Positions 19,770 through 27,550 are shown, numbered from the stretch's first letter. The stretch: DNA of 32,000 bases from Trichodesmium erythraeum IMS101 (GCF_000014265.1 NC_008312.1:240001-272000), one strand, 5' to 3'. The notes: generated by a model from the sequence alone, not told the origin. Program-made: numbers and translations.

Positions 19770-21428
19770 ATGAAACCTATATTTCGGGCTATTATTCTAG
19801 CCTTCCTGGCATTAACTTTAACAAGTTGTTCATTACCACCAGATCAAATTGCCTCTCGACTAGAACCTAGTCTTGTTAAAGTATTTTATAAAAATCAACC
19901 CGGACATGGAACTGGTTTTTTTGTACCTGGAGAAACAGGAGTTTGTAAGGTACTGACGGCAGCTCATGTTGTGAACAAAGAAGGGGAAAAATTATTACAA
20001 ACTAAAGATGGTAATGTCTGGGATGCTGCATCTGTTGAAATGTTTTCAGATGATATAGACTTGGCTTTAGTAACTTTTGAGCCAGAGAAAGAAAAATGTG
20101 ATTATCCTACTCTCAAAATAGGTAATTCAGAGGATATCAAACAAGGTAGTTCTATATATGTTTCTGGCCTTTCTAGTCGGGATGGGAAGATGCTATCTCA
20201 ATTTGTTAAAGGAAATGTTACGGCTTTGAATGTTTTTCCACAGGGTTATAGGGTTTCTTATCAAGCTTTGACTGTCGCTGGAATGAGTGGAGCTCCTGTT
20301 ATAGATGAGAGGGGTAAGGTGGTGGCAGTTCATGGGATGAGTGATGTGGAAACAGTTAAAGGTTTTAGTTCTTTGAAAACAAGTTGGCCTGAGTTAGAGT
20401 TACAGACTACCTGGCAAGCTGAAGAAGTTGTGAATACTGCTATTAAACATTTGACTTTTTCTTGGGGTATACCTATTAGTTTCTTTAGGGAGTCTCCGTT
20501 TTACTATGACTCTGGGGATATCTATGGGTTAAGCTGGTGGATATTTTTGTCTGGTGCAGGAATAGTTGCTGTTAGTTTTATTTATGTTGGTTTCAGGTAT
20601 TTAAATGTTTCACCATTTATTGCTGAAGTTAATAATTTGAAAACACAACTCCAGGATGAGGAAGACAAAGGGGAAGAGGTTCAGAAAGAGTTAAAGTCAC
20701 TAAAAAATAGTTATAAGGGGTTGGAAAGAAAACTGGAAGCGGAAATATCGGAGAGATCTGAGGCTGAGGAGCAAATTCAAACTCTACAAGTTGTTGTGGA
20801 AAAACAAAAAGTGTTGGAAGTGCAACTAGAAATTGAGATGTCAACAAGATATCAGGTTGAGGAGCAAATTCAAACTCTACAAGTTGCTGCACAAAAGGAA
20901 AGGGAGTTGGAAAGGCAGTTGGAGTTTGAGTCTCAAAATACTGAAGATAAGTCTGGTGTTGATTTATTTCTGGTTTCTGAGGTGGTCGGTGACTATACTA
21001 AGTTGCGTGATCTATTGGCGGCTAAACAGTGGCGCGAAGCAGACTTAGAAACATATAAAAGAATGTTAGAGGTGGCGGGCAGAAACTTGAAGGGATCTTT
21101 GAGGGTTAAGGATGTGTATAATTTTCCTTGCAAAGATTTAGTGACTATTGACGAACTGTGGATAAAATATAGTGATGGTAAGTTTGGCTTGTCTGTTCAG
21201 AAGCAAATTTATGAGAGCATGGGTGGTACGAAAGACTATGACTATAAGGTAATAGAAGATTTTGGAAATAGAGTTGGGTGGCGTCAAGATGGAAAATGGT
21301 TGAGGTATCATTATTTGACTTTTAGTGAGAAGTATGAAATGGGGTGTTTACCAGTAAGTTTTTATCTTGAGAGGGTTGCTTCTCTTCTGTTTGCAGGAAT
21401 GTGCAAGTTTATAGACTGTGATCTTTAG
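19770..21428 (+). CDS. Lipoprotein-type trypsin-like serine protease / TM helix / coiled coil / GUN4-domain protein (paralogue 1)
   Basis: - Lipobox LTLTSC.
- Catalytic triad contexts TAAHVV (His), DIDLALV (Asp) and GMSGAPV (Ser).
- Predicted TM segment LSWWIFLSGAGIVAVSFIYVGF.
- Coiled coil with a 31-aa internal duplication.
- C-terminal GUN4-type domain (YTKLRDLLAAKQWREADLET...FPCKDLVTIDELWIKYSDGKFGLSVQKQIY). Confidence 0.8.
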   Translation: MKPIFRAIILAFLALTLTSCSLPPDQIASRLEPSLVKVFYKNQPGHGTGFFVPGETGVCKVLTAAHVVNKEGEKLLQTKDGNVWDAASVEMFSDDIDLALVTFEPEKEKCDYPTLKIGNSEDIKQGSSIYVSGLSSRDGKMLSQFVKGNVTALNVFPQGYRVSYQALTVAGMSGAPVIDERGKVVAVHGMSDVETVKGFSSLKTSWPELELQTTWQAEEVVNTAIKHLTFSWGIPISFFRESPFYYDSGDIYGLSWWIFLSGAGIVAVSFIYVGFRYLNVSPFIAEVNNLKTQLQDEEDKGEEVQKELKSLKNSYKGLERKLEAEISERSEAEEQIQTLQVVVEKQKVLEVQLEIEMSTRYQVEEQIQTLQVAAQKERELERQLEFESQNTEDKSGVDLFLVSEVVGDYTKLRDLLAAKQWREADLETYKRMLEVAGRNLKGSLRVKDVYNFPCKDLVTIDELWIKYSDGKFGLSVQKQIYESMGGTKDYDYKVIEDFGNRVGWRQDGKWLRYHYLTFSEKYEMGCLPVSFYLERVASLLFAGMCKFIDCDL

Positions 21429-21530
21429 TTGTTTCACTTTTGTTTTTTGATGATTTTTTACTCTTTGAGTTTATCTGATGTTTAGGATATGCTCCTCTTT
21501 TACTACTAGAAAAGTGGCTGGGAAGTTGAG

Positions 21531-21812
21531 ATTTTTCACACAAATTTTTTACACAGTTTTTTCACATAAATTTTTCACACAGTTTTTTCACATAAATTTT
21601 TCACACAATTTTTTTACACCACCAAATTTTTTTACACCACCAAATTTTTTTACACCACCAAATTTTTTTACACCACCAAATTTTTTTACACCACCAAATT
21701 TTTTTACACCACCAAATTTTTTTACACAAGTTTTTCACACAAGTTTTTCACACAAGTTTTTCACACAAATTTTTCACACAAGTTTTTCACACAATTTTTT
21801 TAGACCGCCAAA
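21531..21812. repeat. Compound ordered tandem repeat array (13-nt and 18-nt units)
   Basis: - 21531-21608: six units of about 13 nt, (A)T5-6CAC(A/G)(C/T)A(A/G).
- 21609-21716: six perfect 18-nt units, TTTTTTTACACCACCAAA.
- 21717-21794: six more units of about 13 nt, TTTTTCACACAAG.
- 21795-21812: one degenerate 18-nt unit, TTTTTTTAGACCGCCAAA. Confidence 0.95.
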
Positions 21813-21992
21813 TTTTTTTGGTCAAAATATTTTCTGGTTCTAAGCGATCGCTTCTTTTATTATTCTATTAGTACTCACTTATTGTCATGGTTCTAGGTAA
21901 TAATAGAGAGTTAAGGGTTTGATACGGCGATCGCTTCTATTATAACATAAAAAATTTTGATATTCTCAAAGAAAATAAGTTGATGTTCGGGG

Positions 21993-22350
21993 GCTGAAAA
22001 TAAGATAGTTTAGATGTTCTCAAAATAGGTAGTTCTTTCTATATTTCTGGTTTTCCTAGTCGGGGTTAAAGGCTCCTAACCCAGTTTATTGAAAGTGATG
22101 TTTCTGGTTTGGAGCGGTTGGCGCGGGGTTCTGGAGTTTCTGCTCAAGTTTTGAGTCTGGGTGGAATGAGTGCTTCCCCTGTTATGGATATGAGGGGTAA
22201 GGTTTTGGGAGTTTATGGGATAAGTCGTCTGGAAATTATCAAGTCCTTTGTTTTACAAAAAGGAGGTTTATTGACTCAGAATGGTTAGCTACTTACGAGG
22301 TTGTGCAACGAGTAGAAAGGGATGTTCAAAGTTTGACTTTTTCTTGAGCT
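21993..22350 (+). pseudogene. Truncated, stop-containing fragment of a third protease-GUN4 paralogue (protease domain only)
   Basis: The fragment aligns at nucleotide and protein level with about residues 115-235 of the two intact paralogues (LKI..., SSFYISGFPSRG*, GVSAQVLSLGGMSASPVMDMRGKVLGVYGIS, ...LTFS*). It has in-frame stops and lacks the N-terminus, coiled coil and GUN4 domain. Confidence 0.8.
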
Positions 22351-22378
22351 CAACTTATGGTTTTTGACTTGACTAGTA

Positions 22379-22978
22379 CTATTTTCCTGCTAAAAGATCT
22401 TCTTTTGCTAAAAAAGGCTGCAAATAGATCACAGATGACTCTCTAGAAAAATTAGGGTTTTCCTGTTTTCCTTTAGTTACTTGATGAACAATGGTACCGA
22501 GATGTAGGGCATCGGTCATTTTTCTCAAGGCTTGATAACCATCTACTCCTACGTCTAAAGTTAACAATAATGGGCAGTTGCTACTTAATTTGGTGTTGAC
22601 ACAAATGACTTCTTGTTTGGGAGTGTTAGGATCTTTGCGATAGTCTAAGGATAGAATGCCATCTTCGCGAAAATTTTCTAGTCGTCTTTGTATTTCTTCA
22701 CATCGTTTAGCGGGAGACCAACCTCCTCCCATGGGTATCACCATACCTAACCAGGGTTTTTTGCTTTGATCATCGTCGTATGTTACTGTCCAAACTTTTT
22801 TGCCTTGTGTTGTGTCTGTTAGTAGCTCACAATAAAAACGGTTGGTTTTTTTTACTAACAAAGTCGGTCTACCTTGCACAATATCAATACTTAAACCTAT
22901 GGCGTCTAATAATAATCCAATTATGTAAATTATTAGGCCTACTGCTGCTATTCCTGTAATTTTTTTGTTTCTTATCAT
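22379..22978 (-). CDS. COP23-domain (circadian oscillating protein 23-like) membrane-anchored protein
   Basis: 199 aa with the N-terminal TM helix ITGIAAVGLIIYIIGLLLDAIGL. The following pattern, FYCE...WTVTY...GGWSPAKRCEEIQRRLENF...VICVN...CPLLLTL, matches the conserved Cys/Trp pattern of the COP23 family as recalled. Confidence 0.55.
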   Translation of the reverse strand: MIRNKKITGIAAVGLIIYIIGLLLDAIGLSIDIVQGRPTLLVKKTNRFYCELLTDTTQGKKVWTVTYDDDQSKKPWLGMVIPMGGGWSPAKRCEEIQRRLENFREDGILSLDYRKDPNTPKQEVICVNTKLSSNCPLLLTLDVGVDGYQALRKMTDALHLGTIVHQVTKGKQENPNFSRESSVIYLQPFLAKEDLLAGK

Positions 22979-23053
22979 TGGTTTATCCTAAATTATATCT
23001 ATATATAAGTTGTGATAATTATGCAAAGTTAATTACACGTTTGCTTTTAAAAA

Positions 23054-23137
23054 GTTAAGTTTCAAAGGTTAAATTTTAAAGGTTAAATTTCAAAGTTTAA
23101 ATTTCAAGGTTTAAATTTCAAAGGTTAAGTTTCAAAA
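23054..23137. repeat. Six imperfect tandem units of about 14 nt, GTT(T)AA(A/G)TTTCAAAG
   Basis: Units occupy 23054-67, 23068-81, 23082-94, 23095-108, 23109-23 and 23124-37. The array lies 76-159 nt upstream of the COP23-like start codon (minus strand). Confidence 0.9.
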
Positions 23138-23726
23138 TTTACTAGAAATTTACGTCAAGGGTCATTCAACTCAAGGGTTAAAAGTTAGTAGATAAGTTGA
23201 GCGATCGCTTTTTGATAACTAGAAAAAATAGCTCTCTGTTTTTGGTCAAATATTTTTCTGGTCAGCAGCAACCTCCCTAATAATTTCTATATTAACTACA
23301 TATCTGCTTTTGAATTTTGATTATATATATTGTGAAGCTCAAGAGCAACTTTACCTAAAGTTTTCTTCAATATCAGCTCAGGAATTTCCAGAAATTTCCA
23401 CTTATTAGACTAGAGGTGAATTTTTTCTGTTATTTATTTTTCGGTTGTCAGTTTTTGATGGTCAATTTATTTGATTTTTGTAGTTTGTTTTTAATCATCA
23501 ATTTTTTTCTTTGGGAAAGCTTCCCTAAATAATTTTAGCAATAAAAATAAGTTGGGTCTCAGATGGTAACTAAACTTTTGAGAATAATTTTTTCTGTGGT
23601 GACTTATTTAGTGAATAATAGGTTTTTTTGACTTAGCGATCGCTACATTAAAATTTTATCTAAAAATATGACTTAATAACTATATAATGGCATAGATAGA
23701 TAACATAAGTTAGTCAAAAAAGAAAT

Positions 23727-24146
23727 ATGAAACATAATTATTTTTTACTTTTTTTTGTATTCTTAAATATTATGCTTTTTCCTAAAAATGCTTATGGTGA
23801 CGAAACGTGGACGACTGAAGAATATAAGGTAATTTATCTCGAAGACAGAAAAAACACTGCAGTTTGGAGGTATGGAGATAACGTTGGACATGTTTTTATA
23901 GATGGTTTAGGGGGTAAAACTGAGGGCCGAGGGTCTTATCATGGTTATTGGGTACAAAAATCCTCTTCTCGTCGTTGCGATACTTATCGGGAAGATATAA
24001 ATGGTAAGCCTACTTATTATTGGGGTAGATTTGAGATTAAGTTTATTGACCCTAATTTTCCTTCCCGTTGGCAAGCTAAGCTTGGTCTTTGTGATCAAAA
24101 AACTACTATTATTCTGAATGGAACTCCATCTGTTCTTGACAATTAG
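23727..24146 (+). CDS. Small secreted hypothetical protein (signal peptide, two Cys)
   Basis: 139 aa. The N-terminus MKHNYFLLFFVFLNIMLFPKNAYG looks like a cleavable signal peptide. The mature part is Trp/Tyr-rich with C84 and C122. GC content is clearly higher than the flanks. It ends 134 nt upstream of protease-GUN4 paralogue 2. The family is not recognised. Confidence 0.55.
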   Translation: MKHNYFLLFFVFLNIMLFPKNAYGDETWTTEEYKVIYLEDRKNTAVWRYGDNVGHVFIDGLGGKTEGRGSYHGYWVQKSSSRRCDTYREDINGKPTYYWGRFEIKFIDPNFPSRWQAKLGLCDQKTTIILNGTPSVLDN

Positions 24147-24280
24147 AAAAAGTTGTTTTATTCTGAAGGTAGATGAGTATTATAGGAAAATAGTGGCTCT
24201 TTTTAGGGAGTGGTCATTTAATCAATTTCTAGGTAAAATGAACAAGGCTTAATTTTAATACTTCCTAACTGCTGCTCAAA

Positions 24281-25960
24281 ATGAAATCTCTACTTCGTGC
24301 TTTTGGTTTGACTTTCCTGTCACTAACTCTGACAAATTGTTCTTTGTCTCCAGAAAAAATAGCTTCTCGGTTAGAGCCTAGTATTGTTAAAGTATTTTAT
24401 CAAGGTGAACCAGGACATGGCACTGGTTTTTTTGTGCCTGGAGAAAAAGGGGTCTGTACTGTACTCACGGCGGCTCATGTTGTGAAAAAAGAGGGGGAAA
24501 ATTTATTAAAAACTAATGATGGGAAGGAGTGGCCTGCTTCTCAGGTCGAAATATTTCCTAATAATATAGATTTGGCTTTGGTCAGTTTTCAGCCGGAAAA
24601 AGGAAATTGTAATTATTCGCCACTGAAAATAGGTAACTCAGATGGCCTCAAACAAGGTAGTTCTATCTATATTTCTGGTTTTCCTATTAGGGATGGGTAC
24701 TTGGTATCACAGTTTGTTTTGGGCAGTGTTTCTCGTTTGGATAGGTTGGCCCAGGGTTATGGGGTTTCTTATCAGGCTTTGACTGTGGGGGGTATGAGTG
24801 GTGCCCCTGTTGTTGATGTTAAGGGTGAGGTTGTGGCTGTTCATGGGATGAGTGATGTGGAGGTTGTTAAGAATTTTGCTTCACTACAGGCAAGTTTGTC
24901 TGAGTCGGAACGCTCTGTTTATCAGGATGCTGTGCGACGGGTTGAGGCGGGTGTTCAACGTTACACTTTTTCTTGGGGTATACCTATTAATATGCTTGAA
25001 AATTATCGCGGCGAGGCGATCGCTCTGGGCATGGAAGGACAGGAGGTTGAGTTACAAAAACAACTTGAGTTGGAGCGGCGGAAGCGTGAGGAGGCGGAAC
25101 GACGAGTGGAAAAGCTGGAGGCGGATCTACAAAAGGAACTTCGAGAGGCTGAAAAGAGGGCTAAAGAGGAACGGGCAGTTGAACTACAAAGGCAACTAGA
25201 GGAGGAAAAACGCCAGCGTGAAGAGGCGGAGCGACGAGAACGAGAGCTGGAAGCTGAACGACAACGGCAGAAAAAAAATGAGGTTTCTCTAGTTTCAGCT
25301 AAGGGGGTTGACTATCGGAAACTGCGTGACTTATTGAAGGCTAAAAAGTGGCAGGAGGCAGACGCAGAAACAGAGAGGGTAATTTTAAAAGCTGCGAGTA
25401 GGGAGTCGGAAGGATGGTTGAGAGGGTCGGATGCTAAAAATTTTTCTTGTCAAGATTTAGGCACGATTGACAAACTTTGGGTAAAATATAGTAATGGAAA
25501 ATTTGGATTTTCTGTGCAGAAGCAAATTTATCTGAGTTTGGGTGGTACAAAAGAGTATAATAGAGATGTGTGGGAAAAGTTTGGAGACAAAGTAGGATGG
25601 CGTAAAGGAGGTGAATGGTTGTCGTATAGTGAATTAACTTTTGATGATAAACATTATGTGGGGCACCTGCCGTGCCGGGCGTTGGGCGTTTGGGGTATTT
25701 TTTTTATTGGCTGGGTATACCGGCTGCACCTTTTCGGTCGCTGGGTTATTCCACCTGTAGATTGTAACATATATTATATCTGGCGTCAAGGGGAAAAATT
25801 GGGGAAAGCTTTTTTAACGGTTTTTCTTAATTTCGGCGATCTGATACCTGGCACCAGGGGGAAAAAAAAGGAAAAAAAGAGGGGGAGGGCTCAGAGAAAA
25901 AAGTCAAAAGTAGAATTCAGTCAGCCAGAAGTTGGAAATGTTGTCAGAAGTCTCACCTAA
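24281..25960 (+). CDS. Trypsin-like serine protease / charged coiled coil / GUN4-domain protein (paralogue 2)
   Basis: It has the same protease motifs as paralogue 1 (TAAHVV, NIDLALV, GMSGAPV) and the same GUN4-type domain (YRKLRDLLKAKKWQEADAETE...FSCQDLGTIDKLWVKYSNGKFGFSVQKQIY). The linker is an E/R/K-rich coiled coil with no TM helix. The C-terminal tail of about 70 aa beyond the paralogue-1 stop position is doubtful. Confidence 0.8.
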   Translation: MKSLLRAFGLTFLSLTLTNCSLSPEKIASRLEPSIVKVFYQGEPGHGTGFFVPGEKGVCTVLTAAHVVKKEGENLLKTNDGKEWPASQVEIFPNNIDLALVSFQPEKGNCNYSPLKIGNSDGLKQGSSIYISGFPIRDGYLVSQFVLGSVSRLDRLAQGYGVSYQALTVGGMSGAPVVDVKGEVVAVHGMSDVEVVKNFASLQASLSESERSVYQDAVRRVEAGVQRYTFSWGIPINMLENYRGEAIALGMEGQEVELQKQLELERRKREEAERRVEKLEADLQKELREAEKRAKEERAVELQRQLEEEKRQREEAERRERELEAERQRQKKNEVSLVSAKGVDYRKLRDLLKAKKWQEADAETERVILKAASRESEGWLRGSDAKNFSCQDLGTIDKLWVKYSNGKFGFSVQKQIYLSLGGTKEYNRDVWEKFGDKVGWRKGGEWLSYSELTFDDKHYVGHLPCRALGVWGIFFIGWVYRLHLFGRWVIPPVDCNIYYIWRQGEKLGKAFLTVFLNFGDLIPGTRGKKKEKKRGRAQRKKSKVEFSQPEVGNVVRSLT

Positions 25961-26037
25961 AAAGTCAGAAGTCAGATTTTAATCTTAATTTCTCTTTTTT
26001 GAGCATCAAAAAATTGCATGACCACCTGTGGGTCATA

Positions 26038-26103
26038 TATTAGGTATTAGGTATTAGGTATTAGGTTAATGGTTTTAAGTGTTAGTTTTTAGGTTTTAGG
26101 TTT
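26038..26103. repeat. Heptanucleotide tandem repeat (TTAGGTA)n decaying into TTAGGTT-like units
   Basis: ATTAGGTATTAGGTATTAGGTATTAGGTT is followed by TTAAGTGTTAGTTTTTAGGTTTTAGGTTT. This resembles STRR-type short tandem repeats of filamentous cyanobacteria. It sits between paralogue 2 and the RAYT-like gene. Confidence 0.85.
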
Positions 26104-26149
26104 AAAAATTAACTAAACACTTTAATTTTGGCCACACTGCGATATGTCA

Positions 26150-26914
26150 TTACTGATCATCGAAAAATTTCATAGCCGCCTCCGGGTCATAACAATTTGC
26201 CAAAACAAACTGCCTGGCTACCTCCGCCACCAAATTTGAGGGAGGTTCCCAGTCTGCCCAAGGAAGTCGCATTTGTCCTGGAGAAACCTTATTCTTTTTC
26301 TTTTTTTTCACCTTAGGCAAAAACCTACTACCCCAACGACTACGCTTTTCCGGTTTTGGTCGAGGTTTGTATTTGTGACAAAATTTCCTATAGTTTTTAG
26401 CACATTCATCAAGAGTTTTTCCCAGAGACAAAAAAGCAGGATGCCACTTTGTGAGACCATCATCAGTGAGGCGGTCATAAGTGCCATAGTTAGAAAAGTC
26501 ATAGAAAAACCCAGACTGCATATTAGCTGCTTTTGGGTTAGCGTGAATATAGCGAAGAGTATTCAAAGCTCGTTTTTTATCAGTATTTTCAAACCCGGTA
26601 CTATGGTATCTCTTCTCCCAAAAATGCCCGGTACGGTTAAGCATTTGATTAAAACACATAGCCGTATACCAGTTTAACCAGTGCATAATTTTCGGTAAGT
26701 CTTCCCGAATGGATGGCTCTAGTAAATAATGAATATGGTTACTCATAATGCATAGAGCATAAAGTTTAAAGCCAAACTTATCCAAAGCTTTTTTTAAGGC
26801 AAACAAAAAAACCTGACGACATTGGAGACGAGTCAAACGAAACTCTCGGTTGTTGCAACGACAAGTAACATGATCGGAATATTGAGGCAAAAGTTGACGT
26901 GGTTTTCTAGGCAT
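26150..26914 (-). CDS. RAYT-like / IS200-like Y1 (HUH) tyrosine transposase family protein
   Basis: 254 aa. HVTCRCNNREF, the HUH motif in CIMSNHIHYLLEP, NRTGHFWEKRYHS and the catalytic Tyr context LRYIHANPKAANM match the REP-associated tyrosine transposase (COG1943) pattern. The C-terminus is Lys-rich. Confidence 0.75.
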   Translation of the reverse strand: MPRKPRQLLPQYSDHVTCRCNNREFRLTRLQCRQVFLFALKKALDKFGFKLYALCIMSNHIHYLLEPSIREDLPKIMHWLNWYTAMCFNQMLNRTGHFWEKRYHSTGFENTDKKRALNTLRYIHANPKAANMQSGFFYDFSNYGTYDRLTDDGLTKWHPAFLSLGKTLDECAKNYRKFCHKYKPRPKPEKRSRWGSRFLPKVKKKKKNKVSPGQMRLPWADWEPPSNLVAEVARQFVLANCYDPEAAMKFFDDQ

Positions 26915-27046
26915 TATCAGTTAAGAGATAGTCGGATATATTTGAAACCCAACAGAATTAAATATGTTAAGTTTCCCCCGGTTCTGCGGCAAAACATTAT
27001 CAGGGTGAGTGCGTCTTTTCCTGAGAATGTCAACAGTCTATCAGCG

Positions 27047-27109
27047 GGTTGTTTTTGTGGTTGAGCTTGTTGTTTTTGTGGTTGAGCTTGTTGTTTTTAT
27101 AGTTGAGCA
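27047..27109. repeat. Three tandem 21-nt units, TTGTTTTTGTGGTTGAGCTTG
   Basis: Two perfect units are followed by one variant (TTGTTTTTATAGTTGAGCAAG). The array lies about 130-195 nt upstream of the RAYT-like start. The T5 tracts recur every 21 bp, which is two helical turns. Confidence 0.9.
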
Positions 27110-27315
27110 AGTTTATATCCAGTTAATAAAACATTTTCTGATGAGTCAAGCTAGGGTAAATAGTCATATTCTTTACGTTCAAAAAATCCATGCCAAATTG
27201 TTAAAGCTAATCAAATTTTTGGCAAAAAAAATTATCTGATTTGACATAAATATTATTTCTGAGTTCATAAATTTGAAAAAGATTTCCCCCAAGTTATTTA
27301 AGTTGGTAAAAAGAA

Positions 27316-27365
27316 TAGGCAGTAACTGACTCCAGCAGTAGGATATTTTTCGATTTTACTGCCTA
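27316..27365. repeat. Perfect 10-bp inverted repeat TAGGCAGTAA / TTACTGCCTA with a 30-nt spacer
   Basis: Arms are at 27316-27325 and 27356-27365. A third copy of TTACTGCCTT lies at 27501-27510. Confidence 0.8.
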
Positions 27366-27405
27366 ATTCATTGCCAATTTTTTCGAAAAAATTTCAAAGG
27401 CGACT

Positions 27406-27550
27406 TCAGTTTTTGATAAATTATTGACTCTTTTGACAGCTAAATAACAGTCAGCTTTTGATAAATTATTGATTTTTTTTGGTGAATTATTTTCTACAAC
27501 TTACTGCCTTACGAAAAAGAGATATTAATTAGTTTTTGATAAATATTTTT
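27406..27550. repeat. Three dispersed copies of a 22-nt motif T(C/T)AG(T/C)TTTTGATAAAT(T)ATT...
   Basis: The copies are TCAGTTTTTGATAAATTATTGA (27406-27427), TCAGCTTTTGATAAATTATTGA (27451-27472) and TTAGTTTTTGATAAATATTTTT (27529-27550). A related sequence, CAGTTTTTGATGGTCAATTTATTTGA, occurs near 23449. Confidence 0.75.

Noticed and set aside
21478-21843. 121-aa ORF (FFTPPNFFTPPNFFT...) as a repeat-containing protein
   Set aside because: The frame stays open only because the T-rich/CACA tandem units lack stop codons in that phase. The 13-nt units are not multiples of three, there is no convincing start context, and the composition is extreme. It is treated as a DNA repeat array.
26038-26067. 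TTAGGTA repeats as telomere-like sequence
   Set aside because: This is an internal position in a bacterial chromosome with only about four units. It is consistent with the short tandem heptamer repeats common in filamentous cyanobacteria.
26822-27239. ORFs 26822..27064 and 27009..27239 (VVFVVELVVFVVEL...)
   Set aside because: They are generated by the 21-nt tandem repeat and AT-rich spacer upstream of the RAYT-like gene. One overlaps the RAYT start region. There are no motifs and no coding-like composition outside the repeat.
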